From Macrostomum lignano (lineage: Eukaryota), in NCBI GenBank assembly GCA_002269645.1, contig NIVC01000086.1, forward strand, positions 8,755-72,754: a stretch of DNA of 64,000 bases, in the 5' to 3' direction. The translations under genes were made by a program, and so were the position numbers. This document shows, in pieces, positions 23,729 through 36,779 of this stretch; the first letter of the stretch is position 1, and each line of letters opens with the position of its first letter. The notes beneath the pieces are model-generated. The model saw only the letters and a program-made list of their open reading frames with translations, was not told where the DNA came from and searched no databases.

Positions 23729-26368
23729 ATGTCGCACGCTTTATTCGCTGGCTCTGGCGGTTCCGTAGCTCCAGCCTCTCGCTATCTGGTGGAATTCAAG
23801 GCTGGCAAGATGACACTGCAGGATGGTTGGGTCCGGCCTATCAATAAAAAGGGCATGGTCTACGTGCACCAGAGCGACGACAATCTGATGCACTTTTGTT
23901 GGAAAGATCGAACCAGCGGCTTGGTTGAAGACGATTTGATCATCTTTCCTGATGATTGCGAATTTAAACGGGTGACTCAGTGCACAACTGGACGGGTTTA
24001 TCTGCTCAAGTTCAAATCCAGCAGCAAGAAGTACTTCTTCTGGATGCAGGTGCGCGGTTGGGGCTATCGAGATGCTGAGAATTGGAACCTGGATTAATCA
24101 GAGTTCAGACTGGGATAGTAAATTCAGTAGATGAAGAGGGCAGATTCGGAAGATGAGGATGGCAGATTCGGAAGATGAGGATGGCAGATTCGGAAGATGA
24201 GGATGGCAGATTCGGAAGGTGAGGTTGGTTGGCAGATTCGGAAGATGAGGATGGCAGATTCGGAAGATGAGGAGGGCAGATTCAGAAGATGAGGATGGCA
24301 GATTCAGTAAATAGAAGGGCGGGTCAGTCAGATCCTACTGCTATCATGTGTTAACTATCATGTGTTATCATGTGTCCTTAGCTGTGCGGTAAGGACAGTT
24401 CAGTTAAACCCCCCCCCCATAAATCCATAAATCCATAAATCCATAAATCCTCAACCCTGTCAGGAGCCGAAAGAGGACAAAGACGCCGATCTGTGCAAGA
24501 AGGTGAACGATTCGCTGAACAACCCGCCTCAGCCGGGCTCCGGTCGGGCTGGCGGCGGCGGCGCGGCCTCGGCTGGCGGCATCGGTGGAGCCGGCGGCGG
24601 TTCGGGCAGCCTGAGCTCTGCACTTAGCGGCTTAGGCGAGTCGGAGCTCAGTAGTATGTTTGGCAATATTTCCCAGAGCGAGCTGATGCAACTGCTGCAG
24701 ATGGGCATGCAGATGGGCCTTAGCCCGTCCGGGATGATGCGACCGGCCTCTACTGGGGCGGGATCTACTGCTTCTGATGGGGCCTCGGAGGCGCCTACGG
24801 GCTCTTCAGTGCCTAGTCGGGTAGGTTTGCTTAGCTTTTTAGGTCAAGCCAGTGAGAATCGCCACAGATCTATGAGAATTGCCTCAGATTTATGAGAATC
24901 GCCCCAGATCTATGAGAATCGCCTCAGATCTATGAGAATCGCCTCAGATCTATGAGAATCGCCACAGATCTATGAGAATTGCCTCAGATTTATGAGAATC
25001 GCCCCAGATCTATGAGAATCGCCTCAGATCTATGAGAATCGCCCCAGATCTATGAGAATCGCCCCAGATCTATGAGAATCGCCTCAGATCTATGAGAATC
25101 GCCCCAGATCTATGAGAATCGCCCCAGATCTATGAGAATCGCCTCAGATCTATGAGAATCGCCCCAGATCTATGAGAATCGCCTCAGATCTATGAGAATC
25201 GCCCCAGATCTATGAGAATCGCCCCAGATCTATGAGAATCGCCCCAGATCTATGAGAATCGCCCCAGATCTATGAGAATCGCCCCAGATCTATGAGAATC
25301 GCCCCAGATCTATGAGAATCGCCCCAGATCTATGAGAATCGCCCCAGATCTATGAGAATCGCCTCAGATCTATGAGAATCGCCCCAGATCTATGAGAATC
25401 GCCCCAGATCTATGAGAATCGCCCCAGATCTATGAGAATCGCCTCAGATCTATGAGAATCGCCCCAGATCTATGAGAATCGCCTCAGATCTATGAGAATC
25501 GCCCCAGATCTATGAGAATCGCCCCAGATCTATGAGAATCGCCCCAGATCTATGAGAATCGCCTCAGATCTATGAGAATCGCCCCAGATCTATGAGAATC
25601 GCCCCAGATCTATGAGAATCGCCCCAGATCTATGAGAATTGTCCATTGTTAAGCCTACTCATTCCATCCCGCGCCCAGGTGCAAAGCTCGCCTGGAGTTC
25701 GCCCCGCCGGCAGCGGCGCCAATTCCGCGGCTTCGGGCGCCAGACAGACAATGCCGGAGCGCCCGGCCACCGCGGCCGCCTCCGCCGGTGGAGTCGCCGC
25801 CGGCAGCGGCGGAGGTCGCGAGCTTCAACAGACGCCACTGCAGCAGCAGCAGCGCACAGCCGGCGGTCGAATTCAGCTTAGCGATCTGCAGACAATCCTC
25901 ACCTCCATCCAGGCTCCCGAAGGCGCCGCTCCGGCTTCGGCTGGCTCAGCTGGCGCCCAGTTTGACCTGAACGACGCCCTGCCAATCGAATCGCTGCTGC
26001 CCCTGCTAGCCGACGCCCAGCTGCAGGCCCGTCTGATGCCTTTCCTGCCCGACAGTCCGGATCTGCCGCGCAGTGTCGACGAATTGCGTCGTTCAGTTCA
26101 ATCGCCGCAATTTCGCCAGTGCGTGTCGGCGTTCGCGGCCGCTCTGCGCACCGGCGAGCTGGGACCGCTGGTTGCCCAGTTCGGCGTCGGCGAGGCCGCC
26201 GTTCAAGCGGCTAACGAAGGCAACGCCGAGGCGTTTATGCGCGCCCTGCAGCAGCCGAAGCCGACTGCCGCCGCCGCTGCTGCTGAAGGCAGCGAGGATG
26301 TCGAAATGGCCGCTTCCGCTGCCAAGCCTGACGCCAAGGATGAGGAGGAGAAAATGGACGAGAGTTGA
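23729..26368 (+). CDS. ADRM1: Proteasomal ubiquitin receptor ADRM1/Rpn13, ~455 aa
   Basis: Exons are 23729-24049, 24464-24820 and 25679-26368 (phase 0). N-terminal Pru domain [10 protein letters not shown]...[41 protein letters not shown]...FFWMQ|EPKEDKD, followed by [10 protein letters not shown] and a C-terminal DEUBAD-like SPQFRQ...[13 protein letters not shown]. Confidence 0.95.
24138..24305. repeat. 22-bp minisatellite (ggcagattcggaagatgaggat), ADRM1 intron 1
   Basis: About 7 tandem copies. Confidence 0.9.
24852..25640. repeat. 20-bp minisatellite (gagaatcgccccagatctat), ADRM1 intron 2
   Basis: About 39 near-identical copies filling the intron. Confidence 0.96.
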
Positions 26369-26957
26369 ACTGACAAGATCTAAAGGTTCCAGTGCAGCCC
26401 GTGACTAACTACTCACGTTTAATTATTCAGTAGTAACATTCGGAAGTTAAATAAGACCCGTCTCACTTGCTTAGTGCAATTATCCTAGTAATAATTTTCC
26501 ATCTGTCCCGGAGACCAGACAATTAAAATGCTCGAACTTCTACTAATAGTACAATAGTACAAGTGAATAATATTAAATTTTCTATTCCTTGTATTTCAAC
26601 TAAACCCCCGCGCCCGCGCGCTATTCAGTTTCGCCCTATCTATTGTTTCCGCAATACAGAAGCGGAGCGAGCACTGCGAATTGGGTTTTTTAAAAAGAGT
26701 TGAGCTCTCGCTTTCTCTATTTTTGGGCATATATTGTCTGCAATTTCCTCTTAAACCCTCAAACCAGTTTTTTCGATCTAAATATATCTATCTGACTCTG
26801 TCTGTGCTGTCTGGGTTTCTAATACATTTTAATTAGCTGTTTGAAAGCTTGCTGTTCGCGTTTCTATGTTTCTGCTTTGTTCTGCCAGCCAGCAGTTTAG
26901 TTTGATATTCAGGGCTGACAGCCTTTTTTCTATTGCACGGGTTTTTAGAAAATCCGC

Positions 26958-27742
26958 AGCATGGCTAGATTAGCAATCCATGACTAGATTAGCAATCCAC
27001 GGCTAGATTAGCAATCCATGACTAGATTAGCAATCCACGGCTAGATTAGCAATCCATGACTAGATTAGCAATCCATGGCTAGATTAGCAATCCATGATAG
27101 TCACAGCATGGCTAGATTAGCAATCCATGATAGTCACAGCATGGCTAGATTAGCAATCCAGGGCTAGATTGGCAATCCATGGCTAGATTAGCAATCCATG
27201 ACTAGATTAGCAATCCATGGCTAGATTAGCAATCCATGGCTAGATTAGCAATCCATGGCTACATTAGCAATCCATGATAGTCACAGCATGGCTAGATTAG
27301 CAATCCATGATAGTCACAGCATGGCTAGATTAGCAATCCAGGGCTAGATTGGCAATCCATGGCTAGATTAGCAATCCATGACTAGATTAGCAATCCATGG
27401 CTAGATTAGCAATCCATGGCTAGATTAGCAATCCATGGCTACATTAGCAATCCATGGCTAGATTAGGAATCCATGACTAGATTAGCAATCCATGGCTAGA
27501 TTAGGAATTCATGGCTAGATTAGCAATCCATGGCTAGATTAGGAATCCATGACTAGATTAGCAATCCATGACAAGATTAGCAATCCATGACTAGATTAGC
27601 AATCCATAATAGTCACAGCATAACTAGATTAGCAATCGATGACTAGATTAGCAATTTATGATAGTCACAGCATGGCTAGATTAGCAATCCAGACTAGATT
27701 AGCAATCCATGGCTAGATTAGCAGTCCATGGTTAGATTAGCA
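26958..27742. repeat. 19-bp minisatellite (ggctagattagcaatccat)
   Basis: Tandem copies with gatagtcacagcat insertions. Confidence 0.93.
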
Positions 27743-27756
27743 TAAATAGCCATCTA

Positions 27757-28490
27757 ATTTAGTGACATAGGATTGCTAATCTATATAATTTAGTGACATT
27801 GGATTGCTAATCTATATAATTCAGGGACATTGGATTGCTAATCTATATTATTTAGTGACATTGGATTGCTAATCTATATAATTAAGTGACATTAGATTGC
27901 TAATCTATATAATTAAGTGACATTAGATTGCTAATCTATAATTAAGTGACATTGGATTGCTAATCTATATAATTCAGGGACATTAGATTGCTAATCTGTA
28001 TAATTTAGCGACATATGATTGCTAATCTATTTAATTTAGCGACATTGGATTGCTAATCTATATAATTTAGTGACATTAGATTGCTAATCTGTATAATTTA
28101 GTGACATTAGATTGCTAATCTGTATAATTAAGTGACATTAGATTGCTAATCTATAATTAAGTGACATTGGATTGCTAATCTATATCATTTAGTGACATTG
28201 GATTGCTAATCTGTATAATTTAGTGACATTAGATTGCTAATCTGTATAATTTAGTGACATTAGATTGCTAATCTGTATAATTAAGTGACATTAGATTGCT
28301 AATCTATAATTAAGTGACATTGGATTGCTAATCTATATCATTTAGTGACATTGGATTGCTAATCTGTATAATTTAGTGACATTAGATTGCTAATCTGTAT
28401 AATTTAGTGACATTAGATTGCTAATCTGTATAATTTAGCGACATAGGATTGCTAATCTATATCATTTAGCGACATTGGATTGCTAATCTA
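27757..28490. repeat. 31-bp minisatellite (tttagtgacattagattgctaatctgtataa), core inverted relative to the preceding array
   Basis: Its core GGATTGCTAATCTA is the reverse complement of TAGATTAGCAATCC. Confidence 0.93.
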
Positions 28491-28924
28491 CGCTCGCAGC
28501 TACACATGTTTTAGTAGGCACGCGCAAATTGAAAATGGTCTAATTCGGAATGTGTTTTTTTACGGCAGATGAATATTCAGCTCAGGCAGCAGCTCAAATA
28601 TGCTAACTAGGTCAGTGCGCCAGTAATGTCAAGACACACCAAAGAACAGGCTTATTGAATTAATGATAGCACAAATAGCAACTGTTGCTTCTACATGTGT
28701 ACATGTATATGGGCTGCATTAGGCAAACTGAGTGCTTTTAGCTAATAAAAGTGACGATATTTACCAAGTTGCTCAGTCACTCTCACCTACTGCCCATGCG
28801 TTTATTTTACATAAATATTGTATTTCTGGACCTGATTATCGGCATATACGAGCTACGATAAGTGCATTGCGATTCTGGCCTGTATTGGAAACTTGCAAAC
28901 CAAAGTTCGTAGCATTGACAGGAA

Positions 28925-29490
28925 CAGGTAAGCAGCACAGGTAGCACTGATAAGCAGTACAGGTAGCACTGATAAGCAGCACAGGTAGCACTGATAAGCA
29001 GTACAGGTAGCACTGATAAGCAGTACAGGTAGCACTGATAAGCAGCAGCACAGGTAGCACTGATAAGCAGTACAGGTAGCACTGATAAGCAGTACAGGTA
29101 GCACTGATAAGCAGTACAGGTAGCACTGATAAGCAGCACAGGTAGCACTGATAAGCAGTACAGGTAGCACTGATAAGCAGTACAGGTAGCACTGATAAGC
29201 AGTACAGGTAGCACTGATAAGCAGCACAGGTAGCACTGATAAGCAGTACAGGTAGCACTGATAAGCAGCACAGGTAGCACTGATAAGCAGTACAGGTAGC
29301 ACTGATAAGCAGTACAGGTAGCACTGATAAGCAGTACAGGTAGCACTGATAAGCAGTACAGGTAGCACTGATACGCAGCGCAGGTAAGCATGCTGTTTAA
29401 AGCAGCACCAGCATCATAGTCGAACAGGTAAACAGCGCAGGTAAGCATGCTGTTTAAAGCAGCACCAGCATCATAGTCGAACAGGTAAAC
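28925..29490. repeat. 22-bp minisatellite (caggtagcactgataagcagta) followed by a ~57-bp direct duplication
   Basis: About 20 copies; gcgcaggtaagcatgctgtttaaagcagcaccagcatcatagtcgaacaggtaaaca occurs twice. Confidence 0.93.
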
Positions 29491-30304
29491 ATCGCACAGT
29501 TGCCAGGCAGATACACTTGTCTCCCGCATCATTTGGTCTCCAAACGCTCGCTACCCGCATTTACTGAATAATTGGCAAAATTCCTCTGCCTCATCTGCCT
29601 CCTGTCTCCAGTTTCTCTTCACTCTGCCTCCCTCAGTCCCAGCTCTTCTCCCCCGGAGCCACACCCAAATTTCAGTTTCCGCCCTAAAAGCTCGGGAGAG
29701 ACCGGGAGAAGATAATATGTCTGGCTGCCGCTCGAATAGCGCACCACACGCCTGAAAGGAAATTGTTCCAATTCTGTTAGTGACTTTTTGCCTGCATGCG
29801 AGTCACTCAGGCCCGGGATGAGTGCATCCATCAGTTTAACCAGACAGGCAATCTGTTTTAATGCCTACGGTTATTAAAGCTATCATAAGCAAGGTGCTCA
29901 GCAAATTATCGCCAGAATTTTTACCATCCTCCCTGCCCGTACCTGCACAGAGTGTTTTTATTATTGAGCCCTATGGAATATTGCAGTCTGGATGCTTTCC
30001 TTGATTGAAAGAATAAACTGCAGGAGTCTGAGCCGCAAAGCAGGTACCTCATAACAGGGCGTTTGCATTAATTGGCCAGCATTAGTCTTCAGCAGCTCTC
30101 GAAACCAGCTGTTGTCTGCATGATGAAGGGCATAGCAGGCAGAAGCTTGCGTGTGATGAATAATGAATTTGTTTGTTGTGCAGGAACCGCGAAAAATTTG
30201 TACTTACGCTCGTATATCTTGTTTTACTCTGCGAGCCTGCGCTTGAATGTACATGTAAGAAAGCTGCTTGATTAATTTGGCTCAATTTAATGTCATTCCC
30301 TGTC

Positions 30305-31313
30305 CCCTGTCCGTATTGTGTCTCACTTTAGTGCCATCCCCAGTTCGTACTGTGTCTCACTTTAGTGCCATCCCCAGTCCGTACTGTGTCTCACTTTAGT
30401 GCCATCCCCAGTCCGTACTGTGTCTCACTTTAGTGCCATCCCCAGTCCGTACTGTGTCTCACTTTAGTGCCATCCCCAGTCCGTACTGTGTCTCACTTTA
30501 GTGCCATCCCCAGTCCGTACTTTGGTGTCTCACTTTAGTGCCATCCCCAGTCCGTACTGTGTCTCACTTTAGTGCCATCCCCAGTCCGTACTGTGTCTCA
30601 CTTTAGTGCCATCCCCAGTCCGTATTGTGCCTCACTTTAGTGCCATCCCCAGTCCGTATTGTGCCTCACTTTAGTGCCATCCCCAGTCCGTACTTTGGTG
30701 TCTCACTTTAGTGCCATCCCCAGTCCGTATTGTGCCTCACTTTAGTGCCATCCCCAGTCCGTACTTTGGTGTCTCACTTTAGTGCCATCCCCAGTCCGTA
30801 TTGTGCCTCACTTTAGTGCCATCCCCAGTCCGTATTGTGCCTCACTTTAGTGCCATCCCCAATCCGTACTTTGGTGTCTCACTTTAGTGCCATCCCCAGT
30901 CCGTATTGTGCCTCACTTTAGTGCCATCCCCAGTCCGTATTGTGCCTCACTTTAGTGCCATCCCCAGTCCGTACTTTGGTGTCTCACTTTAGTGCCATCC
31001 CCAGTCCGTACTTTGGTGTCTCACTTTAGTGCCATCCCCAGTCCGTACTTTGGTGTCTCACTTTAGTGCCATCCCCAGTCCGTACTTTGGTGTCTCACTT
31101 TAGTGCCATCCCCAGTCCGTATTGTGTCTCACTTTAGTGCCATCCCCAGTCCGTACTTTGGTGTCTCACTTTAGTGCCATCCCCAGTCCGTATTGTGTCT
31201 CACTTTAGTGCCATCCCCAGTCCGTACTTTGGTGTCTCACTTTAGTGCCATCCCCAGTCCGTACTTTGGTGTCTCACTTTAGTGCCACCCCCAGTCCGTA
31301 CTTTGGTGTCTCA
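30305..31313. repeat. 34/37-bp minisatellite (ccccagtccgtactgtgtctcactttagtgccat)
   Basis: About 28 tandem copies. Confidence 0.95.
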
Positions 31314-31818
31314 GCTAAATTATGTGAAGAAAGACAGACCGCGGCCTCAGTCTGCCGGCTGACAGTTTTCTGAAATTTGTATCAAAGCTTCGTCTTTTAT
31401 GAAAAATGAATTAGATCAGTTGATGATTAGTTTCTTTCTTATTGACCTAATTTCCACTTTCGGACATCTTTCTGCTGAAAGGTACGTGCTATTAATCATT
31501 CCTTAGGCGTTAGTGACTTCAGCGCAACTTCAGACAAACTTTTGTGATATCATTTTGTTTTTTAATTAAAATCTTGGTCGCACCGAATGAACCGAGTTTT
31601 AGATTTTATATTTAGCCAATCTCAAGTTATCGTAGTTGGTTCGTTTTTAAAGTATTACAGAAATAAGACGAGTCAAGCCTAAGCTTAAGAAATTTATACA
31701 AGAATATGCGATTTAAAATACCGTCTCAAGACCAGCCGCATTACTCAACAATGGACTTTCATTAAAGATAAAAATTTTCTCGTTTTTTAACCTGGTTCGC
31801 TGCGAAGAACAAAGCTTC

Positions 31819-33860
31819 GATGAGGTGCAGCTTCAGAGAGACAGAAGACTTGATGAGTTGCAGCTTCAGAGAGACAGAAGACTTGATGAGGTGCAGCTTC
31901 AGAGAGACAGAAGACTTGATGAGGTGCAGCTTCAGAGAGACAGAAGACTTGATGAGGTGCAGCTTCAGAGAGACAGAAGACTTGATGAGGTGCAGCTTCA
32001 GAGAGACAGAAGACTTGATGAGGTGCAGCTTCAGAGAGACAGAAGACTTGATGAGGTGCAGCTTCAGAGAGACAGAAGACTTGATGAGGTGCAGCTTCAG
32101 AGAGACAGAAGACTTGATGAGGTGCAGCTTCAGAGAGACAGAAGACTTGACAAGGTGCAGCTTCAGACAGACAGAAGACTTGATGAGGTGCAGCTTCAGA
32201 GAGACAGAAGACTTGATGAGGTGCAGCTTCAGAGAGACAGAAGATTTGATGAGGTGCAGCTTCAGAGAGACAGAAGATTTGATGAGGTGCAGCTTCAGAG
32301 ACAGAAGACTTGATGAGGTGCAGCTTCAGAGAGACAGAAGACTTGACAAGGTGCAGCTTCAGACAGACAGAAGATTTGATGAGGTGCAGCTTCAGAGACA
32401 GAAGACTTGATGAGGTGCAGCTTCAGAGGGACAGAAGACTTGATGAGGTGCAGCTTCAGAGAGACAGAAGACTTGATAAGGTGCAGCTTCAGAGACAGAA
32501 GACTTGATGAGGTGCAGCTTCAGAGAGACAGAAGACTTGATGAGGTGCAGCTTCAGAGAGACAGAAGACTTGATGAGGTGCAGCTTCAGAGAGACAGAAG
32601 ACTTGATGAGGTGCAGCTTCAGAGAGACAGAAGACTTGATGAGGTGCAGCTTCAGAGGGACAGAAGACTTGATGAGGTGCAGCTTCAGACAGACAGAAGA
32701 CTTGATGAGGTGCAGCTTCAGAGACAGAAGACTTGATGAGGTGCAGCTTCAGAGACAGAAGACTTGATGAGGTGCAGCTTCAGAGGGACAGAAGACTTGA
32801 TGAGGTGCAGCTTCAGAGAGACAGAAGACTTGATGAGGTGCAGCTTCAGAGACAGAAGACTTGATGAGGTGCAGCTTCAGAGAGACAGAAGACTTGATGA
32901 GGTGCAGCTTCAGAGAGACAGAAGACTTGATGAGGTGCAGCTTCAGAGACAGAAGACTTGATGAGGTGCAGCTTCAGAGAGACAGAAGACTTGATGAGGT
33001 GCAGCTTCAGAGAGACAGAAGACTTGATGAGGTGCAGCTTCAGAGACAGAAGACTTGAACAGGTGCAGCTTCAGAGAGACAGAAGACTTGATGAGGTGCA
33101 GCTTCAGAGAGACAGAAGACTTGATGAGGTGCAGCTTCAGAGAGACAGAAGACTTGATGAGGTGCAGCTTCAGAGACAGAAGACTTGATGAGGTGCAGCT
33201 TCAGAGAGACAGCTAAGATTTGATGAGGTGCAGCTTCAGAGAGACAGAAGACTTGATGAGGTGCAGCTTCAGAGAGACAGCTAAGATTTGATGAGGTGCA
33301 GCTTCAGAGAGACAGCTAAGATTTGATGAGGTGCAGCTTCAGAGAGACAGCTAAGATTTGATGAGGTGCAGCTTCAGAGAGACAGCTAAGATTTGATGAG
33401 GTGCAGCTTCAGAGAGACAGCTAAGATTTGATGAGGTGCAGCTTCAGAGAGACAGCTAAGATTTGATGAGGTGCAGCTTCAGAGAGACAGCTAAGATTTG
33501 ATGAGGTGCAGCTTCAGAGAGACAGCTAAGATTTGATGAGGTGCAGCTTCAGAGAGACAGCTAAGATTTGATGAGGTGCAGCTTCAGAGAGACAGCTAAG
33601 ATTTGATGAGGTGCAGCTTCAGAGAGACAGCTAAGATTTGATGAGGTGCAGCTTCAGAGAGACAGCTAAGATTTGATGAGGTGCAGCTTCAGAGAGACAG
33701 CTAAGATTTGATGAGGTGCAGCTTCAGAGAGACAGAAGACTTGATGAGGTGCAGCTTCAGAGAGACAGCTAAGATTTGATGAGGTGCAGCTTCAGAGAGA
33801 CAGCTAAGATTTGATGAGGTGCAGCTTCAGAGAGACAGCTAAGATTTGATGAGGTGCAGC
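31819..33860. repeat. 33/34-bp minisatellite (gatgaggtgcagcttcagagagacagaagactt; right half ...gacagctaagattt)
   Basis: About 60 copies with frequent 2-bp deletions and two spatially separated subtypes. Confidence 0.95.
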
Positions 33861-34499
33861 AGCAATTTCTGACACTATTTCGGACTCTTGATTCTTGTTA
33901 TCTTAAAATTCTGAGTTCGCCAGTGCGCGATCGTTCAGAACTTTAGTCGAAAGTTGTAAAGATATGGGCACAAGTCGGTAGCCACTAGTATTGCAATCAA
34001 GCAGGTCACTCGTCAAGACTTCTTGTCCTTGTTCGTCACTGCAAAGAAGCTGGCAGAGCCCTCCTCCGCAAGCGGACACCCCGGGCTCCCCTTGCACTTT
34101 TTTCGCTAGTAGCAGGCGCGCCCGCTGTCACGCCACGCCACAGCTCTCTGCTGATCGCAGGGAAATCTGAGAGACACGCGATCTGGCGGCAACTCCTGTG
34201 CCATTCGCAATGTCCCTAATATTCATTTTTCCCGCGCAGTTGAACAGTAGTAGGGATACTTATCCCTAAATTGAGATAACAATTTTTTTTCGATTCAAAA
34301 CTTTCCAGCTTATTTTTAAATAGTAGTAGTAAATAAAAGGTTGGCAATGCGAAGAAATAATTTCTCTGCTCTTCTCAGATCCTTTCAGGATTGAGCCGTC
34401 GAGTTATTTAAAGTTTTAATTTAACAGAAATAAATTCATCTAATGGTGCCTGTTGCAAAGTTAATCTCGGATGCTTAGCAAAATCCCTGCTCAAACAGT

Positions 34500-35929
34500 T
34501 CAGGGATCGTAGAATGCGTTGCTGGGTCCCTCGGACATGCTGAACCGGGACCGCTCGTCGTCGCCGGTGGACCTCAGCGAGAGGTGAATCAAGCCGCCCC
34601 CGCCACCGCCGCTGCGACCGCCGCAGCTGTTGTCGGTACCGAGCCGTTTTCGCCTCGTCCTGTCGACGCCGCCGCCGCCGCCGGCGGAACCTCCTTGTGT
34701 TGGGGCCCCGGTGGTGGAGCGCGCCGAGCCAGCGTTGCCAGTCTTGGGCTGCCGGAAGCAGAGCAAGCCGAACATGCGCTTAAACACCTGGCGGAACTGC
34801 TTGCTCATGAAGCAATAGAGCACGAAGTTCACCGAGTTGTTGATCAGGCCCAGCGTGTTCAGCATGCGGATGAACAAATAGAAGAAGCACTGCACCCCCG
34901 GCAGGTTGAACATCGGGTCCTCCAGGATGTTCAGCATGCTCATCGGGATCTCGTACAGGATGTACAGCACAATGATGACCAGCAGGAAGCTGGTAGTTCG
35001 TCGGTGATCCCTCGATCGACGCTGTCGTCGAGAATTTTTCGACGCTGAGCCTCTCGACGATCGCTGTGTCCCCTGGGTCGGCATTGGCGACAGCTGCGAC
35101 AGCGAGTGCTGCGGCGACGGCGAAGGCTGCCGCGTAGTCTCGACCTCCGAGTTGGCGAAGCTCTCGCAGCCGCGCCTGCTGCTGCTGCTGTTGTTCCGGT
35201 TCATCCGCCAGTCCTCGAACGGCTGTTCAGATTCACCAGCGACTCGCGACGCTTCTCTGTCTTGCGCAGACTCTTGATGATGAAGAAGCAGAAGCAGGTC
35301 ATGATGAGGCAGGGCAAAACCTTCTGGGCCAGGCCGTTGAACAATCGGATTTTGAATTCGTGCCGCTCGTCCAGACTCGGTCTGTACATCACCGGGCTGT
35401 GGCCGCTCTGCCCGGTGTTATTGTGCGTGTCGTTAAAGCCGCGGATCTGCAGGCTGCTGGCATAGGGAACCACGGCCACCAGGTTGGCCAGGAAGGCCAG
35501 GCAAACGGCCAGGCGGGCGCGGGCCAGGCTGAACCACACCTTGGTGCGGCTGGAGGCGTAGTAGCGCAGGTAGAAGAAGCGGAACAGAGCCAGCAGGACG
35601 CCGCACCACAGGGCGAAAGCGTGCATCAGGTACATGGCCACGTTGCAGAACAGGTAGAACACCTGGTAGTCGTAGCTGTGGCTCATCTGGTCCAGGGGAA
35701 CTACCGAGGTGACCAGGAACATGAGCACTTTGATTAGGTCGCTCACCGCGATGCCTAACAGTATGCTGTTAGTTGGCGAGATCATCTTCTTCTTGCTGAA
35801 GATGAGTATGTTCAACACGTTCAGCAGGATTGAGGTCACGGATATGACTGCGATTAGCGGCAGGCTGATCTGATTGAAGGCCTGAGCGACTAAGCTCTCC
35901 GAGCAGTTGTTGCGTCTGGCGTCAGACAT
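34500..35929 (-). CDS. Rhodopsin-like peptide GPCR (FMRFamide/myosuppressin receptor-like), with one frameshift in intracellular loop 3
   Basis: ORF 35929-35201 covers TM1-5 (LNILIFSKKKMISPTNSILLGIAVSDL; LALFRF). ORF 35204-34500 covers TM6-7 (RRTTSFLLVIIVLYILYEIP; NNSVNFVLYCFMSKQFRQVF). The two frames abut at ~35204 with no plausible intron between them. Confidence 0.8.
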
Positions 35930-35930
35930 C

Positions 35931-35937
35931 CTGCGGG

Positions 35938-35977
<40 letters not shown>

Positions 35978-36000
35978 CCAGTAGTAGTAGTAGTAGTACC

Positions 36001-36046
<46 letters not shown>

Positions 36047-36048
36047 CC

Positions 36049-36085
<37 letters not shown>

Positions 36086-36147
36086 CCAGTAGTAGTAGTA
36101 GTAGTAGTAGTAGTACCAGTAGTAGTAGTAGTAGTAGTAGTAGTACC

Positions 36148-36184
<37 letters not shown>

Positions 36185-36246
36185 CCAGTAGTAGTAGTAG
36201 TAGTAGTAGTAGTACCAGTAGTAGTAGTAGTAGTAGTAGTAGTACC

Positions 36247-36301
<55 letters not shown>

Positions 36302-36474
36302 CCAGTAGTAGTAGTAGTAGTAGTACCAGTAGTACCAGTAGTAGTAGTAGTAGTAGTACCAGTAGTAGTAGTAGTAGTAGTACCAGTAGTACCAGTAGTA
36401 GTAGTAGTAGTAGTACCAGTAGTACCAGTAGTAGTAGTCCCCTAATTCCTACTTCAATTTCTGCCAGCACTCAC
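35931..36474 (-). other. 5'UTR intron of the GPCR, almost entirely (CTA)n/(CTG) trinucleotide repeat
   Basis: Donor GTGAGT at 36474-36469 and acceptor ccccgcag|G ATG at 35931. An in-frame TGA in the upstream exon makes that exon non-coding. The repeat spans ~35941-36438. Confidence 0.7.
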
Positions 36475-36779
36475 GGCAGAGGCCGCAGCTGGCGTCAGCC
36501 AGGCCAGCCTCAATTTAATCTAGTTTGGACGCGAGCCCCACTCGGACACTGCAGTGTCGCAACTCCCCAGAGACAGGCGGGGAAACCGTGCCAGCCAGAG
36601 CTAGTCTCAGGCGGCCGAGTGTGAACCCAGCAACCATTCGGTGAATTGACCACTGCTCTGTCATAGCGCGTTTTTCATTTTTAAGCATGCTGCTCCGCCC
36701 GCTGTTTAAATGTGCAGATTTCAGAATTGCAGAATTCGATGGCTTTTGCTAAAACCCACAGTACTGAATACTCAATAGT

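Noticed and set aside
31820-33188. ORFs encoding (DEVQLQRDRRL)n, resembling a coiled-coil protein
   Set aside because: Frequent 2-bp deletions switch frames, the right half has in-frame stops, and there are no flanking exons. It is a non-coding 33-bp satellite, unlike the frame-preserving 159-bp array.
35922-36470. Poly-Leu / poly-Val ORFs
   Set aside because: Translation of the (CTA/GTA)n repeat inside a GT-AG intron; out of frame with the GPCR.
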